From contig NC_045696.1 in the NCBI RefSeq assembly GCF_009834535.1, forward strand, positions 36,582,001 through 36,646,000: a stretch of DNA of 64,000 nt. Direction: 5' to 3'. Made by a program: the position numbers and the translations under genes. Below the pieces are notes generated by a model that worked only from the letters and a program-made list of their open reading frames with translations, did not search any database and was not told the origin of the DNA. The DNA comes from Camelus ferus (Eukaryota). Within the stretch, counting starts at the first letter, position 1. Each line of letters begins with the position of its first letter. This document shows positions 12,866 to 24,634 of the stretch, piece by piece.

Positions 12866-13308
12866 GTGTTGAGTAAAAGATTTTTAAAGATTTATTTAGA
12901 AAAGGACAAGTACACCCCCAAGAATGAGAGACGGGCTGATCCAAGGTAAGAAAAGCGGTGGTTTTGTTTCTCTTTTCTCTTACACCCTCACTTAGAGACG
13001 GTCTCTTGATTGATTGATGGCTCTTGTCCCTGGAGTGCTGAGTCATGTTTGGCCCCTTTGCACATGTCCTTACCCACGGTGTACACAGAAAAACCCATGG
13101 CGAGGGGTGCCTAAACCGCAATGTTAATTATAACACAATGAGCATGTGCTGTGTCTGGTTAAGTTCTTTTTGCTACTTCACAGTCGTGACTGTTGAATTC
13201 TAACCAGTTTCTTGCTGCACTTATTTAGAAGAATTAAAGTCCCTTTATGCTGGAGGTGGGCGTAAATAAATGCTGATTATCCCTCTCATGGGAGCAGGTG
13301 TAGTACCA
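12866..13308 (-). mobile_element. ERV1-class solo LTR
   Basis: TG...CA ends, antisense polyA signal tttatt near left end, ctaaaccgcaatgttaattataa motif; GC-richer than flanks. Confidence 0.6.
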
Positions 13309-13809
13309 AAAAGCAGGAGACATTTGAATTTATGGTACATAAAAAGTTGTTTCTGTGGACACTAATTCTGATTACATTATCACCAAGAGTTTTTAAAATA
13401 ATATTTTATATTTTAAAATAAATGAATAACTGCAGAAAAGGTATTATTCATATTAATGTGTCTTTTTCTTTACCAAAGAATTTAGCTTCCTATAAATTTT
13501 GGTTACCCTGCCTGTAAAAGAAAACCAAAACCAAAATCAAAATCAAAAAGAAAAAAACAAAACCCTAAACCAGGCCAGAATCTGTATTGTTCAAATGATT
13601 AGAAATGATAACTCTGAGAGATTATCTTTCATCAGTATCAAATAAATTCCTTTGAACCCTTTTTTTTTGTGGATAATTTATTTAAAACAGAAGAATTTAT
13701 GGAATATACAGTTTGGATTTAAACACCTGGTGGTAATCCTTGAAAGGAAGGGAATTCACATTTTTAAAGTACTGACTGCTTGGAGTTCTGCTAGTTGCTC
13801 TACATACAC

Positions 13810-13975
13810 AATATTTTTTAATCCTTTCCATAATTCTGTGATACATTTCACCTGTTAGGACAATGGGGCTCAGAGAAGTTAAGTAAACTGTTTAAGGTTA
13901 CATTGCTATTTCATGCTGGAAAAATTTCAAATATACAAATACCTAACTTAAAAGACCACGCTCTTTCCATGATAT
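13810..13975 (-). mobile_element. MIR SINE
   Basis: ggggctcagagaagttaagtaaactgtttaaggttaca. Confidence 0.7.
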
Positions 13976-14809
13976 CACTCCAGTGACAAAACTGATATTG
14001 ATGTGTTGGAAAAGTCTACTTCTTGTGAATAAAAGAACAGCTGTCAGCAGTAGTTATACCTGGGGTTCACCTTCAGTTAAGTGAGTTTTCTATGTGAAGA
14101 AAAGCTTTTTGGATTTAATATATTCCTGTTAAATAGGAGAAGTGAGGAGCTTTTAAGAGAAGAGGGGTGACAATGAACTATTAGTTCAGCGACTGTGAAG
14201 GGTCTGATGAAGTTCTTGGGGTCAGAGAAATCTTTTTTTTTTTGCTTCCAATGTAAAGCAGCAGCCAGAGCAGTAACTTGCGTCACATCTTGTGTTCCCA
14301 TTACCGCAGGGTGAGATGATGAGCCCAGTATTCACCTGCATTTGCACTGGGTTGCACCGTAGGAGAAGAAATCTCAAACCAAGGAGACTGAGCTTTGTCG
14401 GGGCTGTTGGTGACATTGTCATCTTTCTTTCTTGAGAGAGAATGCTCATTAACCCAGAATGTAAGAAAATCTCTTCTAGGGTAGCAAAAGAAGGCATTAC
14501 AAGATTTGTTGCCCTGGAATATAAGCAAATAACTCTTGGAAGGAAAGAAAAGGCCTTTATCTTTACTATCCTCCAACATCTCTAAATCTCTCTGGAGAAC
14601 TACACCATCTCTCACTTCCATATTTAATCATGCACTTTGTTCAAAGGCCTAGAATTTGTAGGAATTCAGGAAGTTCAGAGGAACCTGTCTCTCAGCAAAG
14701 CCTGGGCAACAATAATCCCCCCACTTTGCTGGACCACTTCTACAACCTCTGGTTTGAACTCTAGCTTATTTATTTGATGATCTGTTTTTTATTTTTATTT
14801 TTTCCGTTC

Positions 14810-15205
14810 TGTATTTTGGTGCGTTTCTTAGTACTGAAAAAGCAGAGCATGAAGCATCAGCTTATGTACAAGTAGTCTTTTTGAAAGTGTGATATTGGGA
14901 AGCAGGAATGAGACACAGGGAGTGAAATAAGAAGGAGGGGGAGCCAGTAAAAGGTTATACTAGGAAGTGCCTCCTTGTGCCCTTTTGGAAGATGTTCCAC
15001 GTTTTTTGTCTCTTTGTGGCTCATGGTGAAATGGTGGTCAGTACGGTGCTGTATTACATCACATTAGTTCACATCTTTTGTTGCCTCAACTCCTTTTTTT
15101 TTTTTTTCTCACCCTCACTCCTGTGCTTGCTTACATGTCCCCAAATAAAGCATTTCTCCCTTAATTTTGCTGTAGGCTCTGTTTTCTAGAGGACTTAAGC
15201 TGAGA
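14810..15205. mobile_element. LTR16/LTR33-type ERVL LTR fragments (two 3' ends in opposite orientation)
   Basis: gggaagcaggaatgagacacagggagtga (-) and ccctcactcctgtgct...cccaaataaagc...ggctctgttttctagagga (+). Confidence 0.45.
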
Positions 15206-15289
15206 TAAAGTGCTCTGTGATTTAAGAAGAAACACTTTCACGAACATCATCTTAAATATATCATTTTAAATTTAAGATTCTTAAAAAAT

Positions 15290-16500
15290 CAAAGTTGTAT
15301 TGTGAACGTTGATAAACTATTGTGTTGTTCTAAAGTGTTCATATAGAAAACCAGCACCCTCTGCCCTATTGCCTCTCCCAGTTCTGCATATTCAGTCCCC
15401 AGAGGTAACATTTTCCAACTCTTCATCAATAAGTTTTTAAATTTAAACTTAAATACCTCTTTCATATGTGTATGTGGTTCTAGAAAATACCAGTTTTAGG
15501 CAATATCTATTTACTACTTATGAAGTTAAAGGGTTATCATTTTTACAGTGCTCAAGCTTATCCCTGCTGCATGTCCCATCAGCTATTTGCTTTTGGTTTG
15601 GTTGATAATTGCCTCATTTTTCCATTTTCTCGGTTCTATGTATACCCATGATCAACCCCCCTCCCCCCAGATTTTCCAGCATAATCTAATAAATGCCTAT
15701 GATAATATTTCCAGGCACTCCAACTTATTAAATAATGTCTTTGTACATTTTCTTGAAAACCTCCATTTCCAGACCTCCACCCCTCTTCCCTGATCTGGAA
15801 GGACTACTCTCCTCTCTCTTTCAACCCCCCACCCCATTTCTTGGTTTATCCTTTATTTGGTTGGAACACATTCTCTAGATTTCTAAAAATGAAGGTAAAT
15901 ATTGGGAACCTTTTGAATTAGGCCACGTCATAGGGCTCATCTAATTTCAGGATTGGAGAGAAAGATTACTTGCATTTGGCTCAAATTACTTTAACTTTGG
16001 TTGATACCAAACCAGGAAACAATATTGCAAAAATACATGAGATGAGGTATAAAAGAAAAACGTTTATGGCCCAAATTGTGCTGAAAGTTCTGTGGTGAAT
16101 GCAGCCTGCAAAAAGTGGACAAACCTCAAGATCATAAACACTACAAACTGGATGTTTGCTACTTTTTAATTCCATTAGATTGGGAAGAGGGCCTATGTTA
16201 GTGTTCAAGGGTCTGCTTAATGCTTTTTTGTTTTATTTGTTACTGGGACATTTGGCCATGGCTAAAGACTCCTTGCTTATGTGACAATATTTTAATTTTC
16301 TCAGTATGCTTGATTGGTGGTTTGGCTAGATGGAACATTCTGGATTGAAAGTCATTTTTCCTTGCAATTTTGGATGCTTGGCCTCACTGCGTTTTAGCAT
16401 CCAGTACTGCTCTTAAGTAATGCAATGGCATTCTCACTTTTCTTCATTGTATTGTGTCATTTTTCTTTTCTTCCCCTCTTAAAATATTTTGACCTTCTCT
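15290..16500 (-). mobile_element. Ancient L1ME-type fragments
   Basis: cccagaggtaacattttcc; tttggctagatggaacattctggattgaaagtcattttt; ttttagcatccagtactgct. Confidence 0.45.
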
Positions 16501-16861
16501 ATTACCCATTAAGTTACATCACTTGTAAACCTTCTCCAACCCTTTGTCCATCTCCCCTACTACATTCGTAGCAGTTGCATGGGTAGAGAGGAAGGGAACT
16601 TTCTGTTATCTAAATAAACTTTCTGTTTATTTAAATAAATATGTGCTGTTTGCTCCCTTCAGGCACTTGTCATAGTTCAATAAATTGACTCTAGGTTTCC
16701 CTTTCTCCCATTGTTTTGCATCACCAGGATAGTAAATTTCAAGGCAGATCTATATTCCAATTAATTAAAAGAACATACCTGACATGCTTGATAATGAAAC
16801 TCAGAGATGACTCAAAGTAAAGAGCTTAGGAATTATGAAGGTGAGTTATAAACGGGCTAGT

Positions 16862-16986
16862 GATATTTGTCTTTCACTATCTGACTTACTTCACTTAGTA
16901 TGATAATCTCTACATCCATCCACGTTGCTGCGAATGGCATTCTTTTATTCTTTTTTTATGACTGAGTTAGTAGTTCATTGTGTATG

Positions 16987-17039
<53 letters not shown>

Positions 17040-17472
17040 GTGTGCGTGTGTGTGTGCATATATATCTATTCATCTATTGATGGACATTTAGGTTGCTTCC
17101 ATGTCTTGGCTATTGTAAATAGTGCTGCTGTGAACCTTGGAGTGCATGTCTGTTTCATAGTCACCCTATATATGAGAGTTTTCTCCCTATATATGCCCAA
17201 GAGTGGGAATGCTGGATCATAGGATAAGTCTATTTTCAGTTTTTTTAAGGAACCTCCATACTGTTCTTCATAGTGGCTGCACAAATTTACATTCCCACCA
17301 ACAGTGTAGGAGGGTTCCCTTTTCTCCAAACCCTCTTCAGCATTTATTATTTGTAGACTTTTTAATGATGACCATTCTGACTGTTGTGAGGTGATACCTC
17401 ATTGTAGTTCTAATTTGCGTTTCTCTGATAATTAATGACACGTAACATCTTTTCATGTGCCTACTGGCCATC
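16862..17472 (-). mobile_element. L1 ORF2 C-terminus / 3' UTR fragment
   Basis: Antisense translations [14 protein letters not shown]...[11 protein letters not shown]...FTAALFTIAKTWKQPKCPS and [10 protein letters not shown] are typical of L1 ORF2. Confidence 0.92.
16993..17056. repeat. (TG)n microsatellite
   Basis: ~30 TG units with two CG interruptions. Confidence 0.95.
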
Positions 17473-17563
17473 TTTTTTATTTTTTTAATGCAGGTACTGG
17501 GGATTGTACCCAGAACCTCATTAATGCTAAACACATGCTCTACCACTGAGCTATTCCCTTCCC
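17473..17563 (-). mobile_element. tRNA-Ala-derived SINE (camelid Vic-1 type)
   Basis: Reverse complement gggaagggaatagctcagtggtagagcatgtgtttagcattaatgaggttctgggtacaatccccagtacc plus A-rich tail; Pol III A box and degenerate B box. Confidence 0.85.
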
Positions 17564-18352
17564 TCTGTACAGTTTTCAAAAAGTTGAGAACAACTAGTTA
17601 TTATCAAAATAAGTGCTCAAAGTTGTTATTCCACATCATGGTTCCTAAGGGTTAACCTCTATGAAACCTGAGCAAATCTTTAGCAGCCATTTAAATTTTA
17701 GTCCCAGAAAGTAGTCTCAAATTCCTGACTTATAAGACAGTATAAACCTGTAGGCAAGTGGAATTTCTGAATATCCCATCTGCAGCATTATTTTGTGTTT
17801 TTCTTCATCTGCATTATAAAACTTTATGAGCCTGGGCTGTAATACAACAATGTAGTTCACAGTCCATTGGTGTTGCTTAAATCAGTCTTCTGAGACGCCT
17901 GTATGGACATGATTTTGCAGGTAATGGGCTGTTTCAGTTCTGCTTGAGCTTTCATTGCCATCTCCACCCCAAGAACAGCTGCGTTTTACTCTTGTCATTT
18001 GGAATACATAAATAAAGGTGAGAACATAGATATTCCTTTTGGTATTCTTTTCATATAAATAATTAGGGTAAGTGTAAAGAGTGTGCAGTTGCTTTGAATG
18101 AAAGATGCTATAAAAACTTGTGACAATTTAGCATTTGTTCATAAATCATGAATACATTTATAAGCAGAACATTGTTTATAATGGTTCTGAATCACATTCT
18201 AAAAGTTCTCTGCCAAATTTTAGTAGGCCTTATTTTTGGCAAATTAATTCTTTTAAGTGAAACAAGCATATGTCTTATCAGTAACAAAATGGGAAGTAAA
18301 GCAATATAAATAAAATCAGTTAGCTGGGGACAGACTATAGAATTTTTCAGTT

Positions 18353-18545
18353 CAGAGGCTGGCAAACTATGACCTGTGTGCCAGGTCCAGTCCACTGCAT
18401 GTTTTTGTAAATAAAGTTTTATTAGAACACAGCTGGTACCATTAGTTTATGTATTATCTCCGACTGTACATCAGCTGTGACAGTAGAGTGCAGTGGTTTT
18501 AACAGATACGATATGGTCCACAAAAGATAAACTGTTCACTATTTG
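18353..18545 (+). mobile_element. MER58A
   Basis: cagaggctggcaaactatg...tttttgtaaataaagttttattagaacacagc. Confidence 0.85.
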
Positions 18546-18639
18546 TAGAGATTGTCTTGTTTAAATTTTTTTTCTACTCTACAAGTCTACTGTAAAATTC
18601 CAGAATCAGAGTTTATCTGTCTTGGCTTACATTTGCCCA

Positions 18640-19380
18640 ATTCAGTTCAACAAAATGTATTGATCCAAGCACTGTTAAGTGTTGATTATCACACAATAAA
18701 TAAGACAGACGTGACTTTGCCCTATGGAAACTTCTATATAACAACAGTACATGGTGATAAACACTTAGATAAGGGAAGGGTGCATTTTAGTCACATAGGA
18801 GGGCTTCTTACTCAGCCTTTCATGAGCTGGGGGGCTTTTTCAGACCAAGTAAATTGTAAGTTGGGATCTTTTGAAGATTGGTATGGAGTAAGGTGGAGGG
18901 GGTCTGGCCAAAGGGAGAAGGATAAAAAGGATAAATTTAAGGAATGGCAATAATCTTGAAGTGATTAGCACAGAGTACCAGTGGTACCAGTGGATTTGGA
19001 GAGTAATTAGGGTTAAGATTTTAAGTGCCTTTTTAATGTTGTGTTGAAGTGTCTGGACTTTCCACAAGATAACAGCAAATCCTAAAAGAGTTTCGAGCTG
19101 CAGAATGACATGATCAGAGGGCAAAAATATTACTCTGCTGTTATGTGAGGGAAGTATTCAGGAAGGAGCAAGTCTTGACACAGAGAATCTTAATAATTGT
19201 CTGTTTTAGTCTTTTGGGCCTCAGAGATTTTGTCCTATGAAGCAGGCAGGGACAGTAGTGAAGGAGATGAACATATGACTTTTAAAGGTAACTTGATGGC
19301 ATGAACGATGTAGGACTTGGAGTCTCCTTATATGTTGCATGTAAAGAGAGAGAAGCAGCAGTCTGGAATGACAGAAGGTC
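18640..19380 (-). mobile_element. L2 LINE fragment
   Basis: ttcaacaaaatgtattga...aataagacagacgtgactttgccct...gaatgacatgatcag. Confidence 0.65.
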
Positions 19381-20242
19381 TGACTCTATCTTCGTTCAAG
19401 AAAAAGTATTTAGAGTGCTTGATACTGACCTATAGAATTTATCCCTTCAGTTTTATATCTTTCTTGCCTCCAATTCTACTACTGAAGTAACCATTAAAAA
19501 AAAAAACTCTGACTCTACTGAGACCACCAATGCAAAGTCAATTTGCTTCATCACCCTTGAGGAGAGGGTTGATTTTGAAGATTTCATTTTGTAAATGGAT
19601 CGGGGCTCACACTGAAATGAGCTGTGACACATTCGCAACTATCTTAATATTGCAAGATGCGAAAGGCAAGGATATTTGCATACCTTTTCTGCCAGCTTTG
19701 GACAAGAAACCCCTTCACCTTAAAGATCCATTCATCCTTCCAGATGATCCCACTTAATGTATGACTCATATTCATTCAACTGCTGTACTTGGAACATTTA
19801 AAGGATCCATGGGCCATTTACATCTTTTAGAGATTGTTAGCAATGCTATTTTGGGGATTTATGCTTCCTTTATCATGTTTCGTGAACTGTGAGGTGGGTC
19901 TTTACTATTCATTTATCCTAGTCCTGGAAAAGCCAGAGCAAGAATAAAAGAAAATTGTGAGGAAGGCAATGTTTATATTTATTGTTTGTACATTGAGCAT
20001 TGGCAAAACGGTTTTCTGCATTCAAATGATAAATATTCAGCAATGCTTGTATCAGCTATAGAATTACCCAGTGAAAAGAATAAGTTTTATCTGCATTCAC
20101 ATTGGTTCCAGGTTTGTCATACATCATTTTTATTGAAAGCAGCACGTGGCTTGCTGTGAAAGCAATGTATTCTTGCTTTCTCTTGCTAACTCGCTTCACT
20201 TTGCCTTCTTGCATTGTAAAGTTTTCTCTTTCACTTTAATAG

Positions 20243-20263
20243 CCAAACATTAAAAGCAAGTAG
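20243..20263 (+). other. Candidate microexon (17 or 21 nt)
   Basis: gctaac branch motif, TGC-rich pyrimidine tract, ttaatag acceptor; donors gtaggt (20260) or AG|gtgtga (20264). Confidence 0.3.
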
Positions 20264-21699
20264 GTGTGAGGACAAACTGGATAATTGATAAAATTAAGTA
20301 TTCTATTTAAAAAATGTAATTTCTTCTCTCCTTTGCTGTCCTTTCCTAATAGTCTTGTAAAGCCATATGTAATATCACAAGTTACTTCTTCTCCACATGC
20401 TAATTTCCTACCTAGTTTCCACTCATAGTAGATATTTGATCTGTATTTAAAATTTCATTGAATCCCTTTTCCACCCACTCTCACACTGAACTCCCTTAAA
20501 GACTCTCTCTGTTTTAGTCATCTTAACAACTATGAGCCTTTTTTTCTTTTTTTAATTTACAGTATCACTTCTCTCCAAGTGTCTGAGGCTCTTGCAGAGT
20601 TAGCATTCTTTTGGTAGGTTTTGATTTACTTTGGGTTCAGAGTGTTGCTACCTGGAACCCACCTGTCCTTGGCATTTCCAAAAGCAGTAAAAGAGTTCCA
20701 TGATTTTTTGGTATAATTATAGATAGTGTGAATAGTTTTATCTATGGAAAATGTAGGTAAAATTTCCAGTCAGCATTTCCTTGTTGTGTCTCTATGAGAA
20801 AACACACAAAAGAAATAATTTCTGTCCTAAGAAGCTTTTTAGAGAAAAATGCTGAATCCCTTATTTCAAGAACAATTAAGTGGCAAAAATGATGGTACTG
20901 ACTATAGAAATAACAACAGGTATTGAGGAAAAGAAGATAATTCTAGGTGTTGGAGTTATTGGAAATGCTTAATATCAAAGAAAGGGCTTGAGCTGGGAAA
21001 AGAAGGGTGAACAAAACTGGAAAAGGCAGAAGAATGGGTAGGGTGGAGGTGGCTTGGTTGTGAGACAAGATGGTGGCTGCTTCAAATAGAAAACGTGACC
21101 TAAATAAACAGGAAAGCTAGTCTCAGGTTACGGCAGAAACTCCATTAGTGAGATCACGTCTATGTGCCTCTTACCACTTCACCCATGACTGTATATGCCT
21201 TTCTGGACTGGGGTATGCATGTGACCCTCACCTCTGTGTATCTTATCTTAACTTGACAAATCAGAGCTGTATTTTAGGTATTCCTTCCTGATTTAAATTT
21301 GTATTTGCCTTGCTCATTTTATGCAAGATCCTGGGCTCTTGGTGCTAAACCAGATCCAATTTTTTTTTTGTTTTGTTTCTCTCCTTGATTGAACTTCCTG
21401 CTTTTGATTGATTTTGTGAACCTACACCATGTTCTGGTCCTTAATGGTGTAGCAGAAGATATAAGATGAAAACTATGATTTCTTTTGAGTTACTAAAGGG
21501 CTTTCACACTTGAGTATTTATTTTCTCAGATATATATGACCTCATTCTAGCCTGCTTTTAGTCCTGTTTATCATAAATTTTAAAAAGAAAGATAATAAGG
21601 CACTACTAACAATATTTCAAGGCTTCCAGAACCTTTTGTTATCATAAAAGAGCAAAAGAAATGAATCATGTTGTAAATGATGACTTTACTATTCTGCCT

Positions 21700-22100
21700 A
21701 TCAGTCAGCTCATAAACATGTGTTGTGCATGGTTCTAGAGAAATAAATACATACGTCCCTCAGGGAGCTTGCACCTTAGTGTCAGGAGGAAGAAAATATG
21801 CACACAAAAACATTGAATTATTTAATTTCATATGCTTCTGGAGTTTGGAGGCGTAGAAAGAGGGTGTTACTTTAGCTGAGATGTTCAATAAAAGTATCTT
21901 TGAGGAAGTAGTATTGAAGATGAGATGTGACATTTGAGTTGAGACAGCACAGATGAAAAGGAATAGTCATACAAATAATTGGGGGAAGAATATAAACCAA
22001 AGCAACAAAAGCAGAGGCTCCAAAATGGGAAAGAGCTTGATGTACTCAGGGGACAGAATTAAAGCCAGCATGCTTTATATATAGTGGAAATGAAGATAAA
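21700..22100 (-). mobile_element. L2 fragment
   Basis: gtccctcagggagcttgcac...tgaggaagtagtattgaagatgaga...gcaacaaaagcagaggctc. Confidence 0.6.
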
Positions 22101-22574
22101 AAATAAAGCCTTGAATATAGTGAGAATAAGATAGAACTGAAAAATGCATATTTTATATTTTAGATTTCTAAATAAGTAGGTATTTTTTCCAGTGCACCAT
22201 ATTTGGTCCAGTTTTTATAACATATTTTGATGTGTTGCAACATTTCTATTTAATTTTTCGCTTACTTTTATGGGTTAACTGAAGGTCAGATATTTTGAAA
22301 GACTAAATCAATTTCTAATCCTGTGGCAGGATTTTGGCTTGCAGCAATTTTGTCACTTATCAAAAATCAAAGTAATTTTTCTTCCTTTTTAATATTTAAA
22401 ATGTGACAAAACTTCTCTTCCTTATTTCATTTTCCAGCAGGCTTAAAGTTTATGATGTTATATGTAGGCAATGCTAAATGAAGAAAATGCTAATAAAAGT
22501 TAACCCAGGGTTCATTTTATGCGAATACAAAATGGATGTGAGTTTGGCTTCTCCTTTCAACATGGGTTGATGAA

Positions 22575-22790
22575 CTTTGTAGCTAATAGATTTGAGTTTG
22601 AATCCTAGAAAATTTCCTCATTAGCTTTGGCCACTTAGATGAATTAATAAATTTTCTGGTCTTCATTTCCCTCATCTGTAAAATGAAGGATCATCTTATG
22701 AAAAATTTATGGGGATTAAACAAGGACATGCAGTTTGTGGAAGCATCTAACTTAGTGCTTCTCCCACAGCACACTGCACAATCAATGCTC
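22575..22790 (+). mobile_element. MIR SINE
   Basis: gagtttgaatcct...ttccctcatctgtaaaatgaaggat. Confidence 0.75.
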
Positions 22791-23285
22791 GAGTTTGTAG
22801 ATACGAATGTGAGTGAGTTTGTACCTCCTCATCTTTCTTTAATGTTCTTTGCCTCCTCATTTGTCCACAGAAGAGTTCTGTTCTGAATAACATGGTATCG
22901 AACAATATCAAAAGGATATAAATATTTGCATCAGAGAATTGTTTAGGGATAAGCCTCTTTGTTTGAGTGATGATTACATTCCATGTTCTGGGGCCCATTC
23001 TTATCCTTTACTGGTTTAGGCAGCTTCTCTCCGGAAGAAAGAGGATGGCTGCTTCTTAGTAGGAAATAACTTTCTTCCAGGTCACCTAAAGGATTTCTTT
23101 CTGTTCTGTGTTCTCATTTGCAAACACCCTCTGAAATGCTCTTTTTACCTTGACATAGCAACAGAAAATACTTTAGACCTCAACTGTGAAATTCTCATCA
23201 GACTTCTTATTATCTTGCCTGTTCTGTCTGCGTTTGGCATCCATTTTTACTCTCCCCCAGCTTCTATATACTTGACCATGCAGAA

Positions 23286-23342
23286 CTTAACTGGCTTCAT
23301 AAGCTGGTCCTTAACTGGCTTCTTAAGCTGGTCCTTAACTGG
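23286..23342. repeat. 24-bp tandem repeat x2.4
   Basis: cttaactggcttc(a/t)taagctggtc repeated. Confidence 0.9.
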
Positions 23343-24156
23343 ATTACTTATTAGCTTTATTCCTTCCAGACAAGACTTGCTTCCCAAGGACCTTTGTTCC
23401 TACTGAGATGTCTTCTCTGTTGGTTGTTTTCAATTATTTTTTACTTTTGGATTCAGTGAAGTGCCAGTGAACTCCTTTTCTACTCACAAAATAAGTAGGA
23501 AAAGTCACTGAAATCAAGAAGCAACTGGGGATGACTCAAAAGGCATGATTCCAAAATCACTATATGGTACTGTTTTATTTATTTGATTAATAAAATTTAT
23601 ATTACTGGGTCTACATTTTGAATTAAGAAATTTTAAATTGCTGAGTTGTTTCTGGCTGATGACATTTTTATTCTTCGCTGTCTTTCTTGTGTTCAAAGCA
23701 AGCAAAGAAAAGGGTGGAAAGTGTTTTGATTCAGATCACCATCAAAGTATTTACTAAACATTTGCTTTTGAATGGTGGGCTTTTTTCAACAAGTTAAATG
23801 TAAGCTCTCTCAGACTTTTTAATAACTGATGCAAACTTCATGTCATCTTGGGATGCTCCTGGCAGTGTCTTTTTTACCCTTACCTTTAAAAAAATTTTTT
23901 TTCTGTCTCTCACTCTAAGTGCTGTAGAGGGGAGATGTGGTGTTTAAACCAGCAAGTGTAGTAAAATGTTGTAAGTGCATTGGTAAAGGCACACATGAGG
24001 TACAGTGGGGACCCAGGGAATGGGATGACTATGCTTTCTTTCCCCAGAGCTCAGTGAAAAGTTGAAGGTTGAGTTGAACCTTAAAGAACTTGAAGGGTTT
24101 GCCAGGTAGACAAGTGGAGATGAGAATTATAAGAAGAGGTATTGACGGATGATGAC

Positions 24157-24634
24157 TGTGTTAGTCAGGGTGCTCCAGAAAAATGGAAACAATGGACTGA
24201 TATTGATTGATTGATTGATTGGAATTGGTTCATGTGATTATGGGGGTTGGGAAGTCTTGTCATCTGCTGTCTCTAAACTGAAGACCTAGGAAGGCACATG
24301 GTGTAATTTCAGTTTGAGTCTGGAGGCCTGAGAACCAGTGGAGCCAGTGGTATAAACTGGCGTTAGAAGGGCATAAGAAGACTGATGTCCCACCTCAGGC
24401 TGGCAGGCAAGAAACAGTAGAGGTGAATTCCTCCTTCCTCTGCTTTTGTTCCATTCAGGCTGTCAATGGATTGGATGATCCCCATGTACAGGAGGATGGG
24501 CAAGCTACTTTACTTAGCCCACCTACTCAAATGCCAATCTCATCTGGAAACGCCTTCATAGACAAACCCCAAAATTATGTTTATTCTGGGCCCCCATAGT
24601 CCAGTGAAGTTGGTACATAAAGTTAACCATCAAA
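24157..24634 (-). mobile_element. MLT2 (ERVL) solo LTR with 5-bp TSD
   Basis: tgtgttagtcaggg ... aagttggtacataaagttaaccatca; ATGAC at 24152-24156 and 24635-24639. Confidence 0.92.

Noticed and set aside
12900..12945. Exon candidate with AAG|gtaaga donor
   Set aside because: Poor acceptor and lies within an LTR
17490..17563. tRNA-Ala gene
   Set aside because: Degenerate B box and stems plus an A-rich tail identify it as a SINE
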